A stretch of 64,000 bases of DNA from contig NC_068982.1 of assembly GCF_001194135.2 (NCBI RefSeq), positions 183,293,386-183,357,385 of the forward strand, written 5' to 3'. Positions 41,341-53,765 of this stretch are shown piece by piece. A program made the translations under genes and the position numbers. The notes under the pieces are model-generated. The model saw only the letters and a list, made by a program, of their open reading frames with translations, searched no databases and was not told the origin of the DNA. This DNA comes from Octopus bimaculoides. Its lineage: Eukaryota. The first letter of the stretch is position 1. Each line of letters starts with the position of its first letter.

Positions 41341-42362
41341 TTGATTTTATCAATTAATAAATGATAACAGAACAGGAGTCACATAATCGTTTTTCATTTG
41401 CTTCATACACGTTTTATGTTTCATTTAAATGGCTTAAGGAAGTTAAGAGACATCACACAAGCACTCAGCTCTGAACACAAGCTTCTTATAGCAGAAACGG
41501 CTGTAAGCTAATGAAAGTGATTATGTAACTTTTGTTCTTAGTCATTCATAATGTGTTTGTGTGTGTATATTATATACATATGTCCAGCACATGCCAGCAT
41601 GGAAGATGGAAGTTAAATGATGATGATGATGATGTGTTTAATTAATACATATTTAGTTTGCTGTGGTAAACAGAACAAAAAGCTGAAAGAAGACTAATAC
41701 ATTTAGTAAAGATTATTTTTTTCCCATTTGAAGTTGAAGCTGCATTATAACTCAGTGTCACACTATGTGTAATACTTCAAGCTGTCTAATGATGAATTAG
41801 TTTCCAATTATGTTTATCTGACATAATTTTACACACACACACACAGATATATACATACATTGAAAGAAATTGAGTGTGGTAGGAGCAGGGGCGGGGAGGA
41901 GGAGGAGGAGGAGGAAAGTACAACAGAATGAAATTTGCATGAATTGAGAAGTCAGTGAGAACAATCTGTCAAAACACATATTGTTTAGAAGAATTGGTGT
42001 CATGGCTAAAGTTGACCTTAAACTAGAGGAGGAAGGACAAGTTGACCCTTAATAATCAACATTGGTAAACCGTTGACAGAGCAGATTGAGAAGAGGTAAT
42101 TCCAAAGACTAGAATGTATCTCTCCAACTACAATCACCACCACCACCACCGCCGCCATTACCCCTCCCCACAGTGCAGGGTGGTGGTGGTGGTGGTGGTG
42201 GTGGTGGTGGTGGTGTCAGGGTGGCAGCAGGATGCAGCAGACACTGTGCTATTGTGGTGCTGCTTTCCCTACCAGAATGGATCAATACACACACACACAC
42301 ATCCTCAAACACAATCAGAATCAATCAATAGTGGTGTTCACCTCCAGCAGCACCATTACCAG

Positions 42363-42405
<43 letters not shown>

Positions 42406-42619
42406 CTACTTCTTTTAACCCCTCTCCACTTCAGTACAGAGGAGAGAACCTTCCCCTTTTCCATCACTACTATACAGTAGGCCACAACCACCCTTCTATC
42501 ACTGCTATGCGGGAGAACACTATTTTTGTTGACTGTCTTGCTACCAGACTTTTGTGTGCTGTCTACATCAGACATGCAGTGATAGCCACAAGGATCGCTT
42601 ATATCATTGCACAAACATT

Positions 42620-42696
<77 letters not shown>

Positions 42697-43473
42697 TGTA
42701 CACGTATTGACCAACATACATGACGCTAGCCAGCCATGAGGTTGACCCCTTACATCATGACAGAAAAACAACAAAAAATATAAAACCAAGGCAAGTAACA
42801 GAATATATGTAATTAGATAAAGGTTGTGATAAGACTTGTCATAAGAGGTTACTTTCCTTAATTAGGTCACCGAGAGACAATTACAACCAGCTTGGTACTG
42901 ACATGTCATAGTGTCCTTACTGTTATGTCTTTCACTGTCACTTTATCTCAGTATTGTCCAAAGGGAAGATCCTTCTGCTTTAGAATATACTACAACATAC
43001 AACTGTTAAAATCCCAAGACAGACCAGAATGCATATGACTATAATCAGAGGTGCTCCAGTCATGGCCACCTCATCTTTGTTTTTATATAAACGATTACAT
43101 AAACTAGTATTTCTTTTTTTTAGAAGAATGGCTGCTGGCACACTCATGATTAAGAACTTTTCTTTGAAATCGCATGATCTTAAGTTTCAATCTTACTGTA
43201 CAACATCTTAAACAAGTGTCTTCTCCGATATTCTTAGATCGGGCAAAGCCTTGAGAATGATTATTTGCCTACATCAGATGTGGAGTGACAGCTACAAAGG
43301 ATTGCTTATATCATTTATTAAGAAATCATTGTTCTCTCTCCTTCAATGTTAGGCTATATAAGTATATATATANNNNNNNNNNATATATATATATATATAT
43401 ATATAGCTCAGCAATGTAGTTATACACATGCTGTTGGTGATTTCTTTCCCTTCTTTGGACTTTTCCCTTTCTC

Positions 43474-43508
43474 CTTACCGATGAAGAGCTATGCTCGAAA
43501 CGTCAAAC
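43474..43508 (+). ncRNA. Degenerate minimal hammerhead motif from a different Penelope-type repeat
   Basis: CCGATGA-A-GAGC tat GCTC-GAAA-CGTC has a perfect helix II and an ACGT loop-less palindromic helix III, but helix I is largely unpaired in this copy. Confidence 0.45.
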
Positions 43509-43934
43509 TCTCTCTTTTCACCAAGCTTCAACTTTTGTAGAAAACCATTGTCAGAAGTTATTTTTTAGAATTAAAAAGACAGTAGAAAAGCTATGCAACA
43601 TTGTCTGGGAGGAGAAAATATAAATTATTCCATTGTTGTGAGACCGATGCTAAACACCAACATGACTTGGACACATTGTAGGACTGTTGCTATACATTAG
43701 GCCTATAAATCAAACCCTCTGGATTACCAAAAGCTTCTTTGATATTGAACGAATATTGGAACAGAGAGAATATGACCATATTCGCAGAGTGCTTTGACAC
43801 AGACTCACATGACATAGGAGCTGTCTGAGACCTTTGACATGCCTCATAGATCACATGACACAAGGGCTGTTGGGAAGCATTGATTTGTTTCGGGAGTCAT
43901 ATGACATGAGTTGAACTTTAAATGAGTGTGAGTA

Positions 43935-44460
43935 TCATCATCATCATCATCATCATCGTTTAACGTCCGCTTTCCATGCTAGCATGGGTTGGACGATTTG
44001 ACTGAGGACTGGTGAAACCGGATGGCAACACCAGGCTCCAGTCTGATTTGGCAGAGTTTCTACAGCTGGATGCCCTTCCTAACGCCAACCACTCAGAGAG
44101 TGTAGTGGGTGCTTTTACGTGTCACCCGCACGAAAACGGCCACGCTCGAAATGGTGTCTTTTATGTGCCNNNNNNNNNNTACAGGAGCCAGTCAGGCGGT
44201 ACTGGCAACGGCCACGCTCAAAATGGTGCATCTCATGTGCCACCCGCACAAGAACCAGTCCAGGGGCACTGGCAACGATCTTACTTGGCTTGCCGGGTCT
44301 TCTCACGCACAGCCCATTTCCAAAGGTCTCGGTCCGTAGTCATCGCCTCGGTGAGGCCCAATGTACGAAGGTCTTGCCTCACCACCTCAGCCCAGGTCTT
44401 CCTGGGCCTACCTCTTCCACGGGTTCCCTCAACTGTTAGGGTGTGGCACTTTTTCACAAA
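43935..44460 (-). mobile_element. Family B copy continuous with the end of an RTE-type ORF
   Basis: The minus frame gives CHTLTVEGTRGRGRPRKTW.EVVRQDLRTLGL...DRDLWKWAV, typical of RTE ORF2 C-termini, directly upstream of the family B tail. Confidence 0.8.
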
Positions 44461-45055
44461 GAATGAGTGAGAAAGGCTAAGTATCCTGAAAACCATCGGT
44501 TATGATGTGAACACCAACAAGAACATCAGTGATTATTGTAGTTGATTGAGGAAACCAAACCATTGTCCAAGACATTCTAACTATGACAATCACATCTTAC
44601 TTCTATGTATAGTGTATTTATGACTACATTATTCAATATATCTTTCCATGTTTCAAAATGACAAGCTGTGATCTGTGACTTGACAGCTATTTCTAGCAGA
44701 CCAAACAGCAATGTAAAGGCTCTTTTCTTGTCCAGTTGCATTTTGGTAAGTACTGGCACTAGGGACAACACTGACATTAACCCCAAATGTTATGTTAGTA
44801 AATAATGGTACAAATTATCTACACCATTAATCATCAGCACTGAGACACAGATGTAAACTAATTTTATATATATGTGTGTTGCATAGAAGCAACCAGTACA
44901 CTCTGTAAAGTAGTTGGTGATAGGAAGGGCATCCAGCCATAGAAACCATGCCATAACAGACATGGAACCTGGGCAGTTCTTCAGCTGACCAGTTTCTGTT
45001 AAACCATCCAATCCAATGCAGTATGGAAAGCAGATGTTCAATGATGATGATGATG

Positions 45056-45101
<46 letters not shown>

Positions 45102-45647
45102 TGCAGGAGTGCCTGTGTGGTAAGTAGCTTGCTTACCAACCACATGGTTCTGGGTTCAGTCCCATTGCGTGGTACCTTGGGCAAGTGTCTTCTACTATAC
45201 CCTCAGGCCGACCAAAGCCTTGTGAGTGGATTTGGTAGACAGAAACTGAAAGAAGACCAGTGTATATACAGGCCAACAGAATAAGTACTAGACTTACAAA
45301 GAATAAGTCCTAGGGTTGATTTGTTTGATTAAAGGCAGTCAAATGAGTGAAACAAGTAAAAGAATAAAAGAATATATTTATATATACATGCATGCATGCA
45401 TGCATGCAAATATATATTGGTTTCAAATTTTGGCACAAGACCATCAATTTCAGGAGAAGGGTAGGTTGAATATATCGAACCCAGTGTTAAACTGCTACTT
45501 ATTTTATTGACCTTAGAAGAATGAAAGGCAAAGCTGTCCTATATAGTGGTCAAATTTGAACTCAGATAAAGACAGATGAAATGCTGCTAAGCATTTTGCA
45601 CTGTGCACTAACAATTCTTCCAGCTTGCCACCTTTACATACATACAT

Positions 45648-45730
<83 letters not shown>

Positions 45731-46143
45731 NNNNNNNNNNNNNNNNNNNNNNNNNNNNNNNNNNNNNNNNNNNNNNNNNNNNNNNNNNNNNNNNNNNNNN
45801 NNNNNNNNNNNNNNNNNNNNNNNNNNNNNNNNNNNNNNNNNNNNNNNNNNNNNNNNNNNNNNNNNNNNNNNNNNNNNNNNNNNNNNNNNNNNNNNNNNNN
45901 NNNNNNNNNNNNNNNNNNNNNNNNNNNNNNNNNNNNNNNNNNNNNNNNNNNNNNNNNNNNNNNNNNNNNNNNNNNNNNNNNNNNNNNNNNNNNNNNNNNN
46001 NNNNNNNNNNNNNNNNNNNNNNNNNNNNNNNNNNNNNNNNNNNNNNNNNNNNNNNNNNNNNNNNNNNNNNNNNNNNNNNNNNNNNNNNNNNNNNNNNNNN
46101 NNNNNNNNNNNNNNNNNNNNNNNNNNNNNNNNNNNNNNNNNNN

Positions 46144-46184
<41 letters not shown>

Positions 46185-46894
46185 GCCTGTTCATTCCATC
46201 TTGTCTTATAATTTATAGATATATGTATGTATATATATATTTGCATTCTAGTGTACACGGATCAGCATGAAACTCAGGTCACAAGGAAAGCAATTCAGTT
46301 AAATAAACAATGTATGCTATACATATGCATTAAGTACTCACACTTTCATTTTCATATACAAACAGCAACATTTTAATGTGTGTGTGTCTGTGTGTGAGTG
46401 TGAAGAAAGAGAGAGAGAGAGAGTGAGAGAGAGAGTCTGCATGTTAAAAGCAAAGTAAAATTATGAATACGATGATGACAATGACGACGATGATGATGAT
46501 GATGATGGTGAATATAAATATGGTAACATTTAACTAATGTTAATGAAATTCATACAGGCAGACAGACAGACGGATAGCGAGAGAGACGCACTGACAGACA
46601 TAAGGACATATAAACCATTATTATCAGGCAGGTTTTTCCAATATTTTAGCTCTCTCTCCACACACACACACACACACATACATACACTCTCTCTCAATCT
46701 TTCTTTCTTTTTCTCTCTCTCTCACCGTCCAAATAAAACACACACCAGCAAAAACAAAAAAACAAACAAAAAATACATCACACCATTTCTAACACATTTA
46801 CACCACCCACCCATATCATGCTACCATTGTATACACAAGTGCGTGTGCATGTATATATATACATATATATGAGTGTGTGTGTATATATACTAGA

Positions 46895-46955
<61 letters not shown>

Positions 46956-47725
46956 NNNNNNNNNNNNNNNNNNNNNNNNNNNNNNNNNNNNNNNNNNNNN
47001 NNNNNNNNNNNNNNNNNNNNNNNNNNNNNNNNNNNNNNNNNNNNNNNNNNNNNNNNNNNNNNNNNNNNNNNNNNNNNNNNNNNNNNNNNNNNNNNNNNNN
47101 NNNNNNNNNNNNNNNNNNNNNNNNNNNNNNNNNNNNNNNNNNNNNNNNNNNNNNNNNNNNNNNNNNNNNNNNNNNNNNNNNNNNNNNNNNNNNNNNNNNN
47201 NNNNNNNNNNNNNNNNNNNNNNNNNNNNNNNNNNNNNNNNNNNNNNNNNNNNNNNNNNNNNNNNNNNNNNNNNNNNNNNNNNNNNNNNNNNNNNNNNNNN
47301 NNNNNNNNNNNNNNNNNNNNNNNNNNNNNNNNNNNNNNNNNNNNNNNNNNNNNNNNNNNNNNNNNNNNNNNNNNNNNNNNNNNNNNNNNNNNNNCAACAT
47401 ATCTACACAATTGCCTCTAGTTTAAGGTTATTGTTGTTCTTGTTGCTGCCGCCACTAACATTGTTGCTGTTGTTGTTGTGTCTGCGAGTGTTGTTGCCAC
47501 TGTTTTTGTTGTTCTTTATGTCAATATTGACAGTAATATTATTGTTGCTGCTGCTGCTGTTGTTGTTGTTGTTGTTATTGTTTTTCATCATCATCATGAT
47601 GATGGTAATGATGTTTTTTGCTACTGTTATCACTTCCTGCTAGTCCACCCCGGCCACTTCTCTCATCTATTAAACCTCCCCAGCACACATTTCTTCAGAA
47701 AAAGCCATTTTTAACATCTGTATAC

Positions 47726-47757
<32 letters not shown>

Positions 47758-48049
47758 CATATATATATATGTATATATTATATGAAAGATATAAAATAAC
47801 AGATACATACTCCCCCCCTCCCTGATTACTTCCCTTGTCATTGAAACTCATTTTAACAATGGAGGAAGAGAAAATGTTCAATACTTGCCTCTATCGCACT
47901 CCCCACTTTGTGTGTATTTGAGTATGTATATGTGCACGTATGTGTGTGTGTATGCATGTATAACTATATATACATATATATATTGATAGATGTGTGAGTG
48001 TGCATGTACAGATAGGTACCTAGATAGATAGATATGTTTGAGTGCATGT

Positions 48050-48107
48050 TCAGATAGATCGATAGAGAGATCAACTGAGAGATAGATAGACTGACAGACA
48101 GATTCAC

Positions 48108-48138
<31 letters not shown>

Positions 48139-48218
48139 CAGACACACAGATAAATAGACAGACGACAGACAGATAGACAGATAGATAGATAGATAGACAG
48201 ACAGATAGACAGACAGAC

Positions 48219-48253
<35 letters not shown>

Positions 48254-48400
48254 TAGATAGATAGATAAATAGACAGACAGACAGATAGATAGATAGATAA
48301 ATAGACAGACAGATAGATAGATAGATAGACAGACAGATAGATACATAGACAGACAGATAGACAGATAAACAGACAGACAGACAAACAGATAGATAGACAG
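48050..48400. repeat. (GATA)n/(GACA)n compound tetranucleotide array
   Basis: Direct reading; a shorter similar array is at 30470-30610. Confidence 0.95.
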
Positions 48401-48860
48401 ATGCTTGTACGTACAAACATACATACCACATGTGCTCACAGTCAAACATAAATGTATATAGATACATAAAGAAATGTAAAATTGAAAAAAAAAGAAATAA
48501 TTTTCCCATAGCCAAAATGGTAATATCACAATTCATTCAAGTATTCATTGGTAACAACAACAAAAACATCAACTAGCAGCACCACGGCCACCACAATGAT
48601 TTTAACAACAACGACAACAACATTAGCAAGACGACTAGTGTAAAACTTGTTTGAAATCCAAATAAAAGCATTGTGAGTAGAAATAATCTGTTCTTCTTTA
48701 TAGAAGTACAAGGAAGTTTAAAAGATGGCTTTAATAATTAGATTGGAGTCGGCTTATTTTTCCGCTACATTCTCCAAGCATCTGGTTTCTTTCTCAACAA
48801 ACACACTGCAGAACTATTCTTTGTATTTGCATTTATTATTATTATTATTGTTATTATTGC

Positions 48861-48891
<31 letters not shown>

Positions 48892-49170
48892 CTTGTTTGT
48901 TTGTTGACGTTTTCAATATTGCTGTATTCTTTCTTTGTTTTAAGGGTGCGCCTATGTATGTATGCGCATGCATGTATGTATGTATGTATGTGTGTATGTA
49001 TGTATGAGTGTATGTATGTATGTTTGTGTATATATGTGTGTATGTATATATGTCTATCTGTTTGTATGTATGTGTGTGTGTGTATGTATGAGTTTATGTA
49101 TGTATGTTTGTGTATATATATGTGTATGTATGTATGTATGTATGAGTGTATGTATGTATGTTTGTGTATA

Positions 49171-49540
49171 GGCATAGGAGTGGCTGTGTGGTAAGTAGCT
49201 TNNNNNNNNNNNNNNNNNNNNNNNNNNNNNNNNNNNNNNNNNNNNNNNNNNNNNNNNNNNNNNNNNNNNNNNNNNNNNNNNNNNNNNNNNNNNNNNNNNN
49301 NNNNNNNNNNNNNNNNNNNNNTATGTATGTATGTGTATTTGTGTGTCTGTGTTTGCCCCCCCCCCCAACATCGCTTGACAACCGATGCTGGTGTGTTTAC
49401 GTCCCCGTAACTTAGTGGTTCGGCAAAAAGAGACCGAAAAAATAAGTACTAGGCTTCCAAAGAATAAGTCCTGGGGTCGATTTGCTCGACTAAAGGCGGT
49501 GCTCCAGCATGGCCACAGTCAAATGACTGAAACAAAAGAG
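49171..49540 (+). mobile_element. SINE family A copy inserted in a higher-order microsatellite (contains an N gap)
   Basis: Head ggagtggctgtgtggtaagtagct and 3' module gctccagcatggccacagtcaaatgactgaaac. Confidence 0.8.
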
Positions 49541-50206
49541 TATATGTGTGTATGTATATATGTCTATCTGTTTGTATGTATGTGTGTGTATGTATGAGTT
49601 TATGTATGTATGTTTGTGTATATATGTGTGTATGTATATATGTCTGTTTGTTTGTATGTGTGTATGAATGTGAGTACAAGCATGGTGAAGGTGCTGATAG
49701 TGATGGTGGGGTGATGGTGATGCTTGCAGCAGTGTTGATGGCAATGGTATGGGTGTTGGTGGCTGTGGTGTTGGTTCAGCAGTGTGGGTAGAGTTAATAG
49801 TGGTGGTGGTCATCATATGATGGTGATGATGGCAGTGGTGTTAGTAGTGTTTGTGATGGTATGATGGCAGTCGTGGCAGTAGTGTCGGTGTTGCTGATGG
49901 TTGTTGTACTGGCAATAGTGGTGGTGGTGGTGATGATGCTGGTTAAAGGGGGAATGGTGATGATGATGATATAAAGGTCTCTTGAGCCTTGTCCTTGACT
50001 CACTTTCAACCTACATCATTTCTGATGCTGCTCTGCTCCACACATCACACACATACACACACACATACGTACACACTACACTCATACATAAACAAACTGT
50101 AATGAACAGTGAACTGCACAAACATATTTTTTGGTGAATATCCAAACTGTTATGTTAATGACTATTCAAACACATCTGTATTCACCCCCCCTCACACATA
50201 TTTTAA

Positions 50207-50255
<49 letters not shown>

Positions 50256-50929
50256 CATATATATNNNNNNNNNNNNNNNNNNNNNNNNNNNNNNNNNNNN
50301 NNNNNNNNNNNNNNNNNNNNNNNNNNNNNNNNNNNNNNNNNNNNNNNNNNNNNNNNNNNNNNNNNNNNNNNNNNNNNNNNNNNNNNNNNNNNNNNNNNNN
50401 NNNNNNNNNNNNNNNNNNNNNNNNNNNNNNNNNNNNNNNNNNNNNNNNNNNNNNNNNNNNNNNNNNNNNNNNNNNNNNNNNNNNNNNNNNNNNNNNNNNN
50501 NNNNNNNNNNNNTGTATACATGTTTATATGCACACATCATAATGTATACACACACTCATACATATTTTCATGTATATATTTGCATTTGAATTTAAAAGCT
50601 CTTATTTTTAACTGTATATAAGCTAATATAAATGTATTGTCATTATTATTATTTAACATCCGTTTTCCATGCTGGCATGGGTTGGATGGTTCGACATGGA
50701 AATGGCCAACCAAGGAGCTGTCCAGACTTCAGCTGTTTGTTGTAGCATGGTTTCTATGCCCTTCCTAATACCAACCACTTTACAGAGTGTGCTGGGTGCT
50801 TTTTACATGCCATTGGCAAGGGTTCATTCACACAGCACTAGCATGAGCTCTTTCATGTGGCACCAGCACCTGCAAAGGACAAGCCTGTATGTATGGATGA
50901 CAGCAATTTTACTTGACTTGACGCCTCTT

Positions 50930-51500
50930 CTCAAGTACAGCAAATTACCACAACTCCCTGTGCCTTGTCATTTCCTCTGTGAGGCCTAGCATCTGAAGAT
51001 TCCTTCTCACTACATCATCCCACGTCTGCTTGAGTCTACCCCTTCCATGGGTTCCCTCCACAATTAGAGTTCAGTACAGCTGTCCTCGTCCATATGCGTC
51101 ACATGACCAAACTAGCACATTCTTCTCTCTTGCACACAACATCTGATGCCTCTTATACCCAGTTTTCTTCTTAAATCATTTACACTCTGTCATGCATGCA
51201 CAGTGACTTTACCCATCCAGTGCAACATGCTAGGCTCAAGCCTTCACAAGTCCTCTGTAGCCAAAGCCTATGTTTCACTGCTGTGTAACACAGGCATCTT
51301 ATAATCTGCCTTTCACTCTGAGTGAGAGGCCCTTACTTACCAACAAAAGCAAAAGCTCTCTGAACTTTGCCCAGCCCATTCTTATTCTAGCAACTACACT
51401 TTCAGAACACCCTCCTCCACTGCTGACTTGGTGTCCTAGGTAACAGGAGCTATCTCCTACTTCTAATGATCGCCAGAGCATTTGAGAGAGTCTATTATAT
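50930..51500 (-). mobile_element. RTE-type LINE fragment (RT C-terminus and 3' region)
   Basis: LEVGDSSCYLGHQVSSGGGCSESVVARIRMGWAKFRELL.LL..KGLSLRVKGRL is a post-RT RTE motif. Confidence 0.8.
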
Positions 51501-52011
51501 GCACGTTTTTACTGCTTATTGTACCTGCACATTTGCCACACACAAAGACTATTTTTTCGATTAACCTTACTGCTACATCTCTTATGTATCCAAAGCTTGC
51601 ATTGGATGCAACATATGGAGTTCCTACCAACACCCTTCTTACATATTGAGCAGGGCCATCTCCCTGAAGAGACTTTTGATATATCTGTCTTCCTACTTAC
51701 TTGGGCTCTGGTTTTTGCTAAAGTAACTCTAAGGCCCTTAAATTTCAGGCCTTGCTTTCACACCTGAAATTTCTTCTCTTGGTCAGGTAGTGATTAGTGA
51801 TTCAGCTATAAGAACAAGGTCATCATATATATATATATATATATATACATATATATATANNNNNNNNNNNNNNNNNNNNNNNNNNNNNNNNNNNNNNNNN
51901 NNNNNNNNNNNNNNNNNNNNNNNNNNNNNNNNNNNNNNNNNNNNNNNNNNNNNNCACAATGAGGTAAAAAAACCAAGGCTGTGAAGAATTTAGAATATTT
52001 ATAAATAGAAA

Positions 52012-52059
52012 GTCTTACAGCTGTTTCCAGGATATTTACTATATCCCTTCATCGGAGAT
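52012..52059 (-). ncRNA. Second copy of the hammerhead motif, on the opposite strand (other arm of the inverted repeat)
   Basis: Reverse complement reads ATCT-CCGATGA-AGGGATATAGTAAATATCCTG-GAAA-CAGCTG-TA-AGAC. Helix II is better paired than in the + copy; helix I has 3 bp. Confidence 0.6.
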
Positions 52060-52317
52060 GGTGTGAGAAAATGGTTAAGCAATAGTTAATTTAGATAAGA
52101 TACAAAATAGAGAGTGAAGTGGAGGAATGAAAATAGACGTGAGATATGCAGGGATATTGCATTTGTAGATCCATTATTTAGGCAGAATGGTATACATATA
52201 AGATACTAATACCTTTAGAGTAGATTCTCTTATCTCACATCTATTTTCATTCCTCCACTTCACTCTCTATTTCATATCTCATCTAAATTAACTATTGCTT
52301 AACCATTTTCTCACACC

Positions 52318-52365
52318 GTCTCCGATGAAGGGATATAATAACTATTCTGGAAACAGCTGTAAGAC
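52318..52365 (+). ncRNA. Minimal type-I hammerhead ribozyme motif (Penelope-type, U4C core variant)
   Basis: GTCT (helix I) - CCGATGA - A GGGATA/TATTCT (helix II with G-U pairs) G - GAAA - CAGCTG (A-CAGCTG-T palindromic helix III) - T A (cleavage site) - AGAC (helix I complement). Confidence 0.65.
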
Positions 52366-52618
52366 CTTCTATTTATAAATGTTGTAAAATCTTCACACCC
52401 TTGGTTTTGAGCTAAGAGAGTGGCTGGACATTAGAAAGGTATTATGTGATGTATGAAAAAACATTTCACTGATATAGACATGTAAACAGACGTGTAAACA
52501 TGAGTTTTGGGATTCAAGATCAAAATGAGACAATTGGGCAACGCTGTTTGGATGCTGGTCATTTGACATGGCTAACTGAACATTGAGCCTGTTTTGGCAA
52601 CAGTACTGTTTGGTACTA

Positions 52619-52674
<56 letters not shown>

Positions 52675-52939
52675 AACATGCATGCACAGTAATATACACA
52701 TACAGACAGAAAGTGTGAAAGAGGCAGAGATATTACAATTCATTAATTGAACAGAACTGATGTAAGCATTTTCCATCTCCTCATATATATTAAAAAGAAA
52801 TATGTTCACACACATAAACAGAGAGAGAGAAAGAGAGAGGGGAGAAAGATAAAGAGAGGGGAGAGGGAGAAAACAAGAGAAACAGTAAAAGGAGGGGAAT
52901 ATCAAAATGTCCCACATCAAATAAGTGAGCATCAGAATC

Positions 52940-53200
52940 AGCATAGCCAAAACAGCTGTGCCCAAACATTTCATAGCCATTCAAGGTATGTGTATACAAG
53001 AAAGACATGAGATGAACACAGAGCAATTAAACCACATCAGCATAAATAAACTGACATATAGTAGTGGGGCTTATGGTTACTGTTTGATATGGATTGTGGA
53101 TGAGCCTTGCTGTACCAGAATGAGGATCAAAATCACTCCAGCCACAACCATCCAGTCTGTTTTTAGGAATTTGTAGGACTACATTATCAGACATGTGCGG
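52940..53200 (-). mobile_element. Very decayed LINE RT fragment
   Basis: QFIYADV (YADD-like) preceded by a degenerate QGS..AP.L region. Confidence 0.35.
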
Positions 53201-53303
53201 CTTCTTATTTAAAGTGGTAAGATGTGATTTAACTGCTATGTATAGCAAGTCAAGAGATTGCACAGTTCTCGCTCCTTAGCTTGGTGGTGGTGATGCTGTG
53301 ACA

Positions 53304-53337
<34 letters not shown>

Positions 53338-53560
53338 CAGCAGTGTTGGATGACGGCGACAACAACAACGGCAATGATATGAAGAAGATGATGATGTGAT
53401 GATGATGGCAAAAATGATGATAATGATGATGAATATGATGATGAGGATGTTGATGATGGTGGTGATGTTGATATAGAATCATATGTGCCTGTGTAATGAA
53501 CAGGGACTGTGCAGTTAGAAATACTGTTTACAGATGTGTGGGCTAGATTATGGTGTCATG

Positions 53561-53584
53561 CAGTAGTAGTAGTAGTAGTAATAA

Positions 53585-53635
<51 letters not shown>

Positions 53636-53652
53636 AGGTGGTAGTGGTGGCG

Positions 53653-53722
<70 letters not shown>

Positions 53723-53765
53723 CAGCAGCAGCAGCAGCAATGGCTGTGGTGGTGGTGGTGGTGGT
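53561..53765. repeat. Compound trinucleotide array (TAG)n/(TGG)n/(CAG)n
   Basis: Direct reading. Confidence 0.95.

Larger units (their letters stand above)
51969..52408. repeat. Long inverted repeat (fold-back element): arms ~51969-52146 and ~52231-52408, spacer ~84 bp
   Basis: The arms are near-complete reverse complements (e.g. gtgtgagaaaatggttaagcaatagttaatttagat vs atctaaattaactattgcttaaccattttctcacac). Confidence 0.9.

Noticed and set aside
42114-42710. 198-aa plus-strand ORF
   Set aside because: It is stitched together by TGG, CA and CT microsatellites, its unique part includes the locally duplicated 46-bp segment, and no domain is recognisable.
44577-44786. ORF and donor giving ...TWKDILNNVVINTLYIE
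   Set aside because: The nucleotide sequence matches the family D repeat (attggataatatagttctagaaacac).
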